Shown piece by piece: positions 37,790 to 50,199 of a stretch of 62,000 nucleotides of DNA (the first letter of the stretch is position 1; each line of letters opens with the position of its first letter). This DNA is from Chiloscyllium plagiosum (Eukaryota). The stretch lies in assembly GCF_004010195.1 (NCBI RefSeq), contig NC_057759.1, positions 1,743,069 through 1,805,068 on the forward strand. Reading direction: 5' to 3'. The notes beneath the pieces were generated by a model. The model was not told where the DNA came from, searched no databases, and worked only from the letters and a program-made list of their open reading frames with translations. The translations under genes were made by a program, and so were the position numbers.

Positions 37790-39420
37790 AGAACACTGTC
37801 TGCAGTCCTAGCTGTGCGATTCACATGGACTCTTGTCTCAGAATGGTTCAGGTAAAGGCTATCGCAACAGACATGAGGCTGGGATCCAATGGACCACGCC
37901 ACATTAAGAGTGAACCAAAATGATTTTGTCAAAAACAAACATGATTGTGGAAGGATGCAGGCAGAGGCTTGCACCCAAGGCAGTACCTGAAACCACACAA
38001 ACACTGTGGGATTCCCAAACAGGCAAATGGAGACATCGATAAAGGCATTCACTGTCCAATAACTTAGTAAGTATTTGACCAGTCACCTTCGCTATGAAGT
38101 CTCCATTTGGTCAGTTAAAAATCCAGATTGGAGCCGGTGATTAACTATTCACGACAGAGAACCAAATAAAGTTATACATATGGCAGCTCCTACAGTGAGT
38201 ACGAGTCTTAAAACAATGATTAATCGAAGCGAATTAGCACAATGTTTTACATTATTAGACATCACCGTGGAGATTAGTCAATCCCATTCACGAAGGAGGG
38301 TCAGTATAAATTTGCATTACACTTTAAAGAACCGCAATCCCAGTGGACATCTTTATCACAGGAATTTCCCAATTCTCCATCAATATTTCACCAATGGGTT
38401 ACGGGATGGTTCTAGGCAGGCTCTTTGATACAATATATTGATGATTTGCTTTAACAAACAGGAACTGAACGGAGCATTACCTGTTCTTGAATGGGTTGTC
38501 ACAAATATTAAAGAAATTTGGCTTCAAAGTGAATCTGAAAATGGTTCAGATAATGATGGAGGAAGTCTGTTATTTAGGAATGGTGTTAATACCAGGCAAA
38601 AGAGAGATAGACAAACGACAGATTGGAACAATAATTAAGCCTACCCTTTCCCACAGATGTGAAGGTATATCGCGACAAACACAGCACCAATAATGACTGT
38701 TAAAGAAAAATCCCCCACGGGAATGGAAGCCAGAACACATGCAATGATAGTTTAGAAATAGGGCTTGGTGTACGCTCCTGCTCTCAAGCAGTCAAACCGA
38801 GCAGAACCACCTTCTTTGGAGGTGACTGCAACAGGCTCCACAATATTGGCAAGAGGTACATAGTCATTTGAGATGAGTAGTCTATGCTTCGCGCATATTC
38901 ACGCCAACAGAGCAGGGGGACACAACATGTGAAAGGCTTTTATTGGCAGTGTTCTGGGCTGTTCAATGTTTAACTTACATTGTAGGGTTTAATGCATTGA
39001 CAATTCTTAAAGAATACGCATCCACTCAGAATCTGCTGGATGAGCATATTAATGATGGCACAATGAGTCAAAATAGGATTGCCAGAATAATGATGCTGTT
39101 ACAAGGAAGGAACATAAAGGTACAAAGAGTTGAACATGTCATCATGTTAGCAGACACTTCAATTTGCCTGGGGACAAATCATGAATATCAGGTGCTAATA
39201 ACAAACGATCCCAAAGGGCCGTTTGCATTCAAGCAAAACTGAGGCAGTACTGGCAAAGAGAATACAGAAAATAAAATATCGCCCTTAATATTTTTGTTGA
39301 CAGCTCTTCATCTCTGCAGAATGGGCAACAGAAGACAGGTCGTGGAATGTATATAGAGAAGCTTAATAGAGTGGAATGTAGATCTTGGGTTATCGCAAAG
39401 TTTAGAGAGTGCAGAAAATT
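37790..39420 (+). mobile_element. Decayed retrovirus-like pol (RT, tether/connection, RNase H)
   Basis: IWSVKNPDWSR*LTIHDREPNKV (~38105-38175), FPNSPSIFHQ, LIQYIDDLL (YIDD 38434-38445), GFKVN..VQ..EEVCYLG, CERLLLAVFWAVQ, SQNRIAR..LLQ, then IFVDSSS..NG...TG.G at ~39290. Confidence 0.8.
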
Positions 39421-39429
39421 TAGATATGC

Positions 39430-40920
39430 GTTCAGCAAAAAGATTAGATATTATCATCAATGATTGTACAATGATCAGTGCCATTTACGACTCCTCAAGT
39501 ACCAAGGCAGTCCATGTTCAGGTGCAGCAAGATCTGTGTAATACCCACGCTTGAGCTGACGAGTGGCAAATAACATGCGTTACACACAAATGCCAGGTAT
39601 TGACCATCACCAATAAGATACAGTCCAACCACTGTCCTTTGACATTCAATGATATCGTAATGAATCCGCCACTATCAACATTCTTGAGCTTGCCATTGAC
39701 CAGAAAGTCACCACCTAAACACAATTGCTATAAGAGCAGGTCACAGGCAAGAAATACTGAGGTGAGTAACTCATCTGACTACTAAAGCCTGTCGATAATT
39801 ACTGAAGACGAAGTCAGGAATGTTATGGGATACTCCCTACTTGCCTGGATGAGTACAGCTCCAGCAACACTTTACGTTTGACGCCATCCAGGAACAAACA
39901 TGGCTAATTGCACATCTACAAACATCCACTCTCTCCACTCCCAAAACGAAGTTAAAACAGAATGCTATCTACAAAATGCATTGCAAAAATTCACCAGTGA
40001 TCCTCGGACAGCACCTTCCAAACCCATGGACGCTTCCATCTTAAAGGAAAAATGTAGCATACCTGGGAACACCACTTCTTGTAAGTTCCACTCTAAACCA
40101 CTCACTATTTAACTTCGAAGTATATCGTCGTTTCTTCACTGATGGTGGATAAATATAGTGAAATTCTTTACAATGACGTGATGGGTCAACCTGCAGCACA
40201 TGGGCTTCAGAGATCCAAGAAAGCATCTCACCACCTCCTTCTCAAGGGCAATTAGGGATGGGCAATAAGTGGCACCATCCAGTCGGCACCCACATCCGAG
40301 GCAATGCATTCCAATTGTTCCTGGCCACCTCCTACCCTCTGGCTGATGTAATGTTCCCTCAAATTCACTGTAAAGCTTCCGTCTACCATTTGAAAATTGT
40401 GTCCTTGTTATTGATTCTTCGCCAAACGTGAACATATGCTTCCTATCACCCCTGTCCATATTTCTCAAAATCTGTATGACATGCTCCCTCAATATTTTCT
40501 GCTCCAAATATAGCAACCAGAGCTTATCCAGCCTCTCTACAAAAATGAAATACTCCATCCCAGGCAACATCCTGGTGAATCTTTTTTGCAATCCGTCCAA
40601 TGTAATCACATCCTTCATACAGTGTGGAGACTACAACTGTACACAGTACTCCGCTGTAGCCTCACCGCAGTCCTGTACAGCTCTATCATCACCTTCCTGC
40701 TCTTTTAATCTATACACCAGGACTGATGAAGTTAAGTGTTCCATTTGCCGACTTAATTAATTAGTCTTTCCTGCTGCCTTCAAGGATCTGTGGACAACAT
40801 GCTTCTGTTAGTCTGGGATTCCTCAACTCCCGCCATTTATTGAGCACGCCTTTGTCGTTTCTCTTCTCCCAAAGTGTGTCAGCTCGCATTTACCAGAGTT
40901 AAATTCTATCTGCCACTAAT
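39430..40920. mobile_element. Adjacent LINE fragments (L2/CR1-like on + to ~40300; CR1 3' end on - at 40300-40920)
   Basis: KDVITLDGLQKRFTRMLPG on -; the + part resembles 34150-35100. Confidence 0.7.
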
Positions 40921-42249
40921 TCGTCTTTGGTTTGGTGATTTGCCTTACTAACAGGGAGAGAGGGGCGCCAGAAAATGGCAGGACTACAGCTGATGTGTTG
41001 AAGATCAAATACAGTTATTGTGGGACGGTCATGGAATGTAAAACGTATGGCCTAGGTTGATCTGTCAGCGTTCCTGGGGATGATCCTGTCGCACCTGTTG
41101 GAACGGACTCACGAGAGGGCGACAGCACACTTTTAACTGCTGAGACTGACCACGTTCTGACGTTGATTCCAGCCTCTACTTCAATGTTTTAGCTTCAATG
41201 TGGAAAAGGGGAACATTTGGAAGAGATTCTAGTCCACTCCAATCCGTCCCTATCACATGTAAGTGTGAACAGGCGCTCTGAGAGAGATAAAGTCAAATGA
41301 CCGTGCATCAACAACACAGAAATAGTGGTCCACAGCACAGAAAAATCGGCCCTTCGGCCCCTCAAACGCGTGACAGTCGAAAACAAGAGCACTTCTATTG
41401 TTTTATTCAGCCACGGGGTTTGACATCATTGGATGGGCTAGCATTTATCACCTTCTCTAATTGCCAAGATGACAGGTGAAAGTCAACCACATCACTGAAG
41501 GTTTGAAGTCACCTGAATTGAAGCTTTCGGTAAAGGGGAGCAGTGACCCAGATGGATATCTTCACGAAGCAATAACAGTTTCTAGGTCACCATTAGACTC
41601 TTCATTTAAGACATTTAAAATGAATTCCAATTCTTCCAATAGCTCAGCTCCGCATTAAACATAGTTCTTCAGAATGCCACTTATCTCTAGACGAACAATC
41701 TATGAATACTGCCAATGGGCAACCACCTCCCCAATAATGTAATCACATTCCAATACGAATTTCCAGCACTTGGCCCATTGCCTTGCATACCTCGGCATCA
41801 TAAGTGAATATCAAGTTGAGCATGATCAAATCAACCATGATCTCATTGAATTATTGAGCTATCTCGATGAGCACTCCCTCTTTAGTGAGAATGTCCTGCT
41901 TGAGGTAGAGAGACCAAACCAACGCACTGTTCTCCAGCGGGAGTCTCACTAAGGCCCCATGAAAATTCAATGAGGTTTCCGACTTCTGAACTCCTATCTT
42001 CTTGCAATGAAGGCCAACATACTATTTGCCTTCCTCATGGTATGCTGCAGGTTAGGCTGTGAATAATTGGCTGGCTCACAATAAGTACAGAAATTCACAA
42101 CAGCTTGAGAAAGATGATTAGACAGGATAGTGACTGGTTCCGCTTCAGAAATAAACATTGAAGCCATTAAAAAACTTGTAACTATTGGTAGTCAACTGCT
42201 TGTGGTGCAACCTGACGGTCGCCACACCTCACGTGAGGGGAGAGCTAGG

Positions 42250-43550
42250 GAATGTGAAACTTGCATGGTATCAATGGTTTGGAGCAAGGAAGTGATTGTT
42301 CTGTCGCCAACACTGAGATAACAATAGGTGGAAAAGCAGGTTGTGAAAGGGGTGCAAACAGCTAATAAGGAAATGTTGATAGTTTAAGTCAGTGCAGAAA
42401 TAAAAGTTGGCAAATGGTGTATGATGTGCGAAGACGTGAGGTTTTACATCTCGGAAGAGAGAACAGAAGAACAGAATATTATTTAAATGGAGAAAGCTGC
42501 ATCACAAGGGATTTGTACGAATTTCTGCACGAAACACAGAAAGATAGCATACAGGGGAAGCAGTCAATCAGGAAGGGCTAATAGAATATGATTGTTATTT
42601 AAAAGGGTTTGGAGTATAAGAGTAGTGAAGTGGGTCTGCAACTGTACAACCGTACAAGGTGTTGTACCACATCTCTGACGACTCCTCATCCTATTATTAA
42701 AGGAAGGATATTGTTTCATTGGAGGCAGTTCAGAGAAGGTTCACTGGGATGATGCTGTTATGGACGGATTCTCTTCTATGAAAACGCTAAAGCAGTTGGA
42801 ACTCTTCTCACTGGAGTTGAGAAGAATGAGAGATGATATCACATGAACGGGCAGCACGGTGGAACAGTGGTTAGCACTGCTGCTTCACAGCGCCAGAGAC
42901 CCGGGTTCAATTCCAGCCTTAGGCGACTGACTGTGTGGAGTTTGCACATTCTCCCTGTGTCGGCGTGGGTTTCCTCCGGGTGCTCCGGTTTCCTCCCACA
43001 GTCCAAAGATGTGCAGGTCAGGTGAATTGGCCATGCTAAATTGCCCATAGTAAGGGGTAAAGGTAGGGGTATGGGTGGGTTGCGCTTCGGCGGGGCGGTG
43101 TGGACTTGTTGGGCCGAAGGGCCTGTTTCCACACTAAGTAATCTAATCTAATCTAATCAATGAAACATATGGGATTCTACATGGGATTCTTAATGGGCTT
43201 AAGAGCGTAAATGCTGACTGGGTGTTCCCCTCATAGGAGAGATCATGGCCAGTATCAAAGAATAACGAAGCATCAATTTAAGATGAAGATGACAAAGAAA
43301 TTATTTTTTTCAGACTTTTGTGAATATTTGGAACGCCTTGTCACAGAGAGCTGTTGGAGACGGGAGTAGGGATGCAAAATCCATATGTATATTTAAGGTT
43401 GAAATAGATTGGTGCAGGAATCGACGGTGACAGGCAAAGGGCAATAATGTGGAGTTGAAAATTGTCAGAGCAGTCTTGATCCTACTGAATAACAGAGGAA
43501 CAGACTTGTGGTGCCAAATGGCTGACTCTTCATCCAGCCTCTTATGGTCT
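42250..43550 (+). mobile_element. CR1 LINE 3' fragment interrupted by an HE1 SINE
   Basis: ggaggcagttcagagaaggttcact (EAVQRRFT) and a CR1 3'UTR-like end. Confidence 0.75.
42847..43158 (+). mobile_element. Full-length HE1-type V-SINE
   Basis: gggcagcacggtggaacagtggttagcactgctg...ccgggttcaattcc (Pol III A/B boxes), V-domain, (aatct)4 tail. Confidence 0.95.
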
Positions 43551-44104
43551 TTATTGTGGCTGGGGAAGGAATTGAAACCTCATTGTTGACGTCACTCTGT
43601 ATTACAAGCCATCCAGCCAACTGAGCTACCCAAAGATGGAAAGTTGAAAGACTGTTCACAGATAGTTTTACATAGTACTATGGCAAGGTCAAGCCTGTTA
43701 TTATTATGTCTTTATGAGTAACCCAATAGCTGAGAATCGGCTGGAGACGAATCTCCTCAGGGATGCAAGATGACAATTAACACAAATACTTTTATTTCAG
43801 GGATGTGAGGAGAAACAATCACTTATCATTTTGCTCATGGGATTGGTCTGTTAAATATTTGCCTCTAACACGGATCTCATCGGCCACAAGACTCCATTAA
43901 GTCTCCCAGAGTTCAACAAAGGCTGCATTGTCCCACAATAAAGCCAAACAGGATCTATCATCTCGTTGTGCTTTCAAGTGTTCAACACAGAGGTTGCTAA
44001 AGGCCGAGTGCCCAAGCCTGAGTTGTCCCACACTGTAGATAGTATATTACTGCAGACAAGGCATACGTTATGCTCTGCAACATGTTCAGATATATATGCC
44101 TTTG

Positions 44105-44420
44105 ATTGTGTGAATTGGTGTGCATATGGCTGTGTGACTGTGTGTGTGTGGTTGTCGACGTGCGGACTTGTGTGTCTATGAGACCCGTGTGTTACTATGT
44201 GTGAGAGAGGGAGTGTGTATGTCTGTGTTTGGTAACTGTGCGTGTGTGTGTGTCTGTGTCTGTATGTACGTGTGAATGTGTGTGTGTGTGGGTCTGTGTC
44301 TCTGTGTACGTGTGTATGTGCATGAATGGCTGTGTTATTGTGCATGTGTTACTGTGCATGTGTAACTTTGGCGTGGTGTGTGCCATTGCATGTCTGTGTG
44401 TAAATGTCAGTGTGTTTTGA
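44105..44420. repeat. Degenerate (TG)n-rich tract
   Basis: Directly visible; the inner boundary of the inverted duplication (44330) lies inside it. Confidence 0.9.
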
Positions 44421-44561
44421 AAAATGTGGGTGCCGGTATGTGTTTCCAAATCAATGTGTTTGAGTGTGTGTTATCTGAGTATGTGTGACACTGTGTCTGC
44501 ATGAGTCTGGGTGTGTTACTGATTGTCTCATAAGAGAAATTGATTATGTCCATGTTATTGT

Positions 44562-44646
44562 TTTTGCAATTATTAACCTCAGTACAGTCTGTGATATCGT
44601 ATAAGGAGCTTTCATCCTCCAGGCAGCTACTAGTGCGACAGGAAAT
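44562..44646 (+). promoter_or_regulatory. Proximal promoter of the defensin-like gene
   Basis: TTTTGCAAT (C/EBP-like) at 44562, AACCTCA (RUNX-like; AACCGCA in the paralog) at 44575, TATAAG at 44600, CAGGAAAT (ETS-like) at 44639; retained in both arms. Confidence 0.45.
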
Positions 44647-44655
44647 CAATGGAGG

Positions 44656-44749
44656 ATGAGAACTGTCCTGTTCTTAGTTCTTGGGCTGTTGGTGATGGTG
44701 CAACCAGGCACTGCCGATAAAGAAGAAACACCGACTGTTGCATTTCAAA
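44656..44749 (+). CDS. Beta-defensin-like precursor, exon 1 (signal peptide + acidic propiece)
   Basis: ATG in aggATGa context; MRTVLFLVLGLLVMVQPGTA-DKEETPTVAFQ; perfect phase-1 donor |gtgagt at 44750. Confidence 0.88.
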
Positions 44750-45491
44750 GTGAGTTCATCTCTCCTCAAACAGCCTTCACAAATTTTCAGAAGGGCAGAT
44801 TGTGGTCATTCTTCCCCTGAAGACCGACTTACATTCTATTAGTTTTAGGCTGGCAAGTGCCGAAACTTATCAATTGATATGTACAATAATCGTTTATGGG
44901 ACACAGGCGTCACTAGCAAAGACAACTTTTCTTGTCATCCCAGAGGGCATTGAGATGTAAACCACATTATTTTGAGCCGAGAGTCACATGTAAATCAAAT
45001 TAGGTAACCACAGCAGAAATCCATCCGCTAAGGAATTAGTGAAGCAGGTATTCCTTCCCTTCATTAGACTATTTGAATATGATTCAAATTGCATCATCTG
45101 CCACGGTGTGAATTACTAGTGGCTCTTCAGAAACTGAGCTTGGTGGTCCTGGATGGCGAGTCAAGCGATATTCCCACCATCCAGTCACTAAGCATTTGAT
45201 GAACAATTGTAAACATTACCCACAACTAAGCAAACCCTGCTTTTCCCGCCTTTGCAATAACAAAAAACGCTAGCTCATTTTAAAGATAGTCCGTTAAGAT
45301 TATGCCACGTCAACTGATAGCCACAAATGGCCAATCCTTGATCACAGTGGACGCAGGTACTCACGTGAGAATGTATTGTTGTCATTTATATATATATATA
45401 TATATAGTTTTTGGATAAATGTCATGAGGTTAGGCGAAAGTTGCATCATCAAAGTGTGGACATCAATGATCTGCTTGTCTTTGTTTTCCAG

Positions 45492-45616
45492 TTATAGCTT
45501 TCGGCTGCGAAACATCCGGTTCAGTGTGCCGAATTGGAGGATGTAATGCTGGTGAGGAGGTGTTGGCTGAGAGCTGCTTACTTCTTTTTCATTGTTGCAT
45601 ACGTTACACGCAATGA
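45492..45616 (+). CDS. Beta-defensin-like precursor, exon 2 (mature six-cysteine peptide)
   Basis: Acceptor tctttgttttccag|; in frame with exon 1: IIAFGCETSGSVCRIGGCNAGEEVLAESCLLLFHCCIRYTQ*; C-x6-C-x4-C-x10-C-x5-CC; AATAAA at 45626 and 45750. Confidence 0.9.
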
Positions 45617-48129
45617 TTGTGAAAGAATAAATATGCACCGCGGCAAAGAACACCTCAGGCCATTTCTGAAGCTAATTAGTTTCCGTACTCTGGGTCCGTC
45701 CTGGTTTCGTGTATTCCCATGAGCCCTAACTGATTGCTTTTGAATTGTGAATAAAGCTTTTCACTACATTGCTCACATCCCGTCTTATTTAATCTGTTTT
45801 CAGATTGCAATCAATATGTACCACTTCGTTATCAGAGGACAACGGTCAGAAATAGCAGATATGCTGTCACCCCAATCGGTTTCCAACCATCAAGCTTCCC
45901 AGAGTCACAGTTTGCAGCCAGCACTTCATGTCCGTCTACCATCTCTCAGAAGTATAAACAGGGAGATAACAGGCAGCACCTTCCAAAAACCACGGTCACT
46001 TCCACCTGGAATGACAAAGGTACAGCTATATAAGAATTGAATAGAAATGAATTGAATTAGGTTTATTTTCACATTTACTCACGAGTTGAAAAGTTAAACA
46101 TTACATTTCTTCTTAATAAAATGTACAAAATCAAAGAGATTGGCACCAGTTTCTTGCAAAACCCCGCTCCAAGCTGCTCCCAATCCTGATTTGCAAGTAT
46201 ATTGACTGTTCCGTCACTGAAGCATGGTCAAGCTCCTGCAATTCCATCCCTGATTGTTTCTTGAGGATCCCTCTGCAAAACAGAGAAGGATTTTCCATCT
46301 TTTTAAGGACGTACGTAGGGATGGGCAACAATTGCTGGCCCACCCACGTCTTATGAAGGAAAAGCAACGAAGGCTTAGTGAAGACAGTGGAGCAGCGATT
46401 TCAGAGAAGCTGATCTGTGGAATGTCATTGTGTCTCCCCCTCCCCTGCCTCTGTTCTCCTCCCTGGGTTGTTTCCTCCACCAAACATTCACCCCTGAAAG
46501 ATTTTCCGTTCTTGTGCTCTGATTCACTCTCGAAACCTGACTGTTAAAATGTTTGGTTGTTACAAGTGTTCAGGCATGAATGGAAGAAACAAGAATCCTG
46601 ATGATGTGGAAGGAATGTACCATTCTCCAGCTTACATTTACAGAACTACGTCCAAGGATTGTATTAAGAAAACAGTGGCATTAATGCTCACACTATCTCC
46701 CTGTGTCTCTCTCTGCAGTCACATGACCCAGTTTCCCTCCAAATGTTATTGTTTTTTCTCTATCTTCACCGATTCTTTCCCTCTCACTTAATCGCTAATT
46801 AATTCCTAATGCTGACATCTCACAAGTTCTTTTTTATAATTCACTTTTGTCGGATGTGAGTACGGCTGTGTGGCCAAACTTTATCACGCATACCTGGTTG
46901 ACCTTGAGATGGTGGCAATCATCTGCCTTCTTGAACGGCTGCAATTTACTTGCTATGGATGAACAACAATGTCATTCGTGAAGAATTCCTGGATTTTAAC
47001 AAAGTGACAGTGAAGGAACGATGGCATATTTGGTGAGACGCTTGGAGGGGAACTTTCAGGAGGTGGTGTTCCCAGATATCTTTTGCCCATTCCCTTCTCG
47101 ATAGAAGTCGTCCTGAAATGGAAAGGTCCTGTCTGATGATCGTTTGTGAATTTCTGAAGTGCATCCCGTAATTACTACATACTGCTACTGCGCATCAGTG
47201 CTGAAGGGAGCGTATGTTTGTCGATATTGTGCTAATCTAATGTCCTGAATGGTGTCAAGCTGCTTGAGTATTTTTGTAGCTGCACCAATCCAATCAAATG
47301 GAGACTATTCCCTCACACTTCTGACTTGTTCCTTGTAGATTGTGGACAGGCTTTGGGGATCAAGATGTGCATTAATCGCCGCAGTATTTTAGCATCTGAA
47401 CTGTTATTATGGTCATTGCTTTTATGTCGTGAGTCAAATTCAGCTTCAAGTTAATGGCAACCCCTAGGATGTTGATGGTAGGGATTCAGTGAAGTTAACT
47501 TCGTTGAATGTCGGGTAGGACCGGGGAGGTTGGCGTGGTGCTGGCAGGTCGATTATTTCCTATTGGTCATTGTCATAGCCTAGTATTTGTCGGTTGTGAA
47601 TGGTACTTTGTACTTCTATGCCCAAGCCTGGATATTGTGCAGATCTTGTTGCATTTGCACATGATCTGCTTCAGTATCTGAGGAGGTATGAATACTGCTG
47701 AACATTTTGCAAATATCAGCGAATATCCCCACCTCTGACCCTATAATGGATGGAAGGTCATTAATGAGGCACGGAAGATGATCGGACTGAGGACACTATG
47801 AAAGATCTAGGAGAAATATTCCAGGTGGGGTATTCTATTAAACTGGCAAGGGCTCCAGAGGTTGGAAGAAATGGGGGGGTTGTGAGCCTGAAGGTGTGAC
47901 GGTCATTGTGAGTCGCGCAGGAGAAATTCACAGAGACAGACTCCTACACTTTCTGCTGTGCCGAGTTCTCAGTATGGAGGTCAAACTATGCGTGTGTGAT
48001 ATTCACTGTGTTCTACAAAGACCGATAAAAGTGATAAAAGCTTTTATGCACGCGTGATTGTGATTTTTTTCTTTTTTGTTTTGTATCATTATGACAGTGC
48101 CCAGCAGAGTGAGCTGAAAGAGGAACTAG

Positions 48130-50196
48130 TGGGGGTCTTAAGCTTTCCAAATATTTGCTGGGAATACTATAGATAAAGCACTTTAGATCAGTCAGTTTTT
48201 GTCCAATGTATGCATGAGGGTTTCCTCATACAGTATGTAGACAGGCCAACAAGGGACAAGACCACGATAGGAAAAGTATTGGGTAATGAACACGGCCAGG
48301 GTTAAATTTGGAGGTAGGTGAGCACTTTGGTTATAGCGACCATAATTCGGTTGTGTTTACATGGGTGATGGGTAGGGGTAGGTATATACTACAGGCAAGA
48401 GTTATAGCTGAGGGAAAGGAAATTATGATGCGATTAGGCAAGATTTTAGATGCATAGGATGGGGAAGGAAACTGCAAGGGACTGTTCCAATTGAAACGTG
48501 GAGCTTATTCAAGGAACAGCTACTGCGGGTCCTTGATAATTATGTACCTGACAGGCAGGGAGGAAGATTTTGAGCGCAGGTGCCGTGGTTTACAAGGCTG
48601 TTGAATCTCTTGTCAAGAGTAGGAAGGCAGTTTACGGTAGGATAAGATGTGAAGGCTCAATTAAGGAACTTCGAGGAGAAAGTGAGAACTGCAGATGCTT
48701 GGAGATCAGAGCTGAAAATGTGTTGCTGGAAAAGCGCAGCAGGTCAGGCAGCATCCAAGGAGCAGGAGAATCGACGTTTCGGGCATGATCCCTTCTTTGT
48801 CGATTCTCCTCCTCCTTGGATGCTGCCTGACCTGCTGCGCTTTTCCAGCAACACATTTTCAGCTCAATTAAGGAACTTCAAACTTACCAGTTAGCCAGGA
48901 AAGGCTGAAAGAGAGAGTTAAGAAGTGCCAGGAAGGCATGTGAGGATTCGTTGGCAGATAGGATCATAGAAAACACTAAGGCTTTCTCTAAGCGTATGAG
49001 GAATAAAATAATGAATAAAGTAAGTTTAGGGCCAATAAAGGACGGTCGTGGGAATTGTTCATCGAGTCAGAGCAGATAGGGGAAGCGCTAAATGAATTTT
49101 TTTCGTCGGGATTCACTCTAGAAAAAGAGAATGTTGTCGATGAGAATACTGAGATACAGGCTTGTAGACCAGATGGGATTGAGGTTCACAACAGGAGGTG
49201 TTAGCATTTCTGGAAAGTGTAAAAGGAAATAAGTCCATTGAGCCGGATGAGATATATCCTAGGATTCATTGGGAATCCAGGGAGAAGATTGCTGAGTCTT
49301 TGGCTTTGATCTTGTTTTCGTCATTGTCTATAGGAATAGTGCCACGAGACTGGAGGATAGCAAATGTTGTTCTTTTGTTGAAGAAGGGGAATAGACACAA
49401 CCCTGCCAATTATAGAGCGGTGAGCTTTACTTCAGTTGTGGGTAAAGTGTTCGAAAACATTCGAAAATATACAAATGAGAATCATCTAGAAAGGAATTGG
49501 TTGATTCGGGATAGTCAACAAAGTTGTGTGAAGGATAGGTCGTGCCCCACACACCTTATTGCCTTCTTTGAGAACGTGACCAAACAAGTGGATGAGGATA
49601 AAGCGGTTGATGTGGTGTACATGGATTTAAGTAAGGCGTTTGATAAGGTTCCCCACAGCAGGTTAATGCAGAAAATATGGAGGCATGGGATTGTGAGAAT
49701 TTTAGCTGTTTGGATCAGAAATTGGTTAGCTATAATAAAACTGAGGATGATGGTTGATGGAAAAATGTTCACCCTGGTGTTCAGTTGCTAGTGGTCTACC
49801 ACAAGGATCTGTTTTGGGCCCACTGCTGTTTGTCATTTGTATAAATAATATGGCTTATGGCAGAAAAAGATGCGTTCGTAAATTTCCGGATAACATTAAG
49901 GTCGGTAAGTTGTGCACAGTGCAGCAGGATGTTTTCAATTACACAGGAACATAGATAAGCTGCAGAGCTGGGCTGAGAGATGGCAGATACAGTTTAACAC
50001 AGAAAAGTGTGAAGTGATTCACCTTGGAAGGAGCAACAGGAATGCAGAGTACTGGGCTAATGGGTAGATTCTTGTTAGTGTAAATGAGTAGAGAGGTCTC
50101 GGTGTCCATGTACAGATATCCATGAAAGTTGCCACCCAGGTTGATACGATTGTTAAGAAGGCATATTATGTGTTAATTTTTATTAGCAGAGGGATT
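48130..50196 (+). mobile_element. CR1 LINE (duplicate of the 31724-33590 segment)
   Basis: PRDWRIANVV, VDVVYMDLSKAFDKVPH, GLPQGSVLGPLLF; shares private changes (IRKYT, HLERNWLIRD) with the left copy. Confidence 0.95.
48673..48861. mobile_element. PLE pseudo-LTR-derived hairpin insertion, right arm only
   Basis: 18-bp TSD gctcaattaaggaacttc (48655-48672, 48862-48879); same family as 36014-36216; empty site at ~33035-33055. Confidence 0.92.
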
Positions 50197-50199
50197 CCA

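Larger units (their letters stand above)
44330..50196 (+). repeat. Right arm of the inverted segmental duplication
   Basis: Reverse complement of 31724-37378; additionally has ~45986-46397 and a hairpin insertion at 48673-48861. Confidence 0.95.

Noticed and set aside
40930..41190. LTR/PBS-like fragment (tggcgcc on -)
   Set aside because: The match to a tRNA 3' end is too short and there is no linked coding remnant.
42847..42915. tRNA gene
   Set aside because: The tRNA-like sequence is the head of an HE1 SINE and continues into the V-domain and tail.
43974..44449. His/Thr- and Val/Cys-rich ORFs
   Set aside because: Translation artefacts of the (TG)n/(CA)n tract; the same applies to 37182-37376 and 11230-11551.
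45534..45722. 62-aa ORF MEDVMLVRRCW...
   Set aside because: Alternative frame over defensin exon 2; the Cys-patterned frame joined to exon 1 explains the region.
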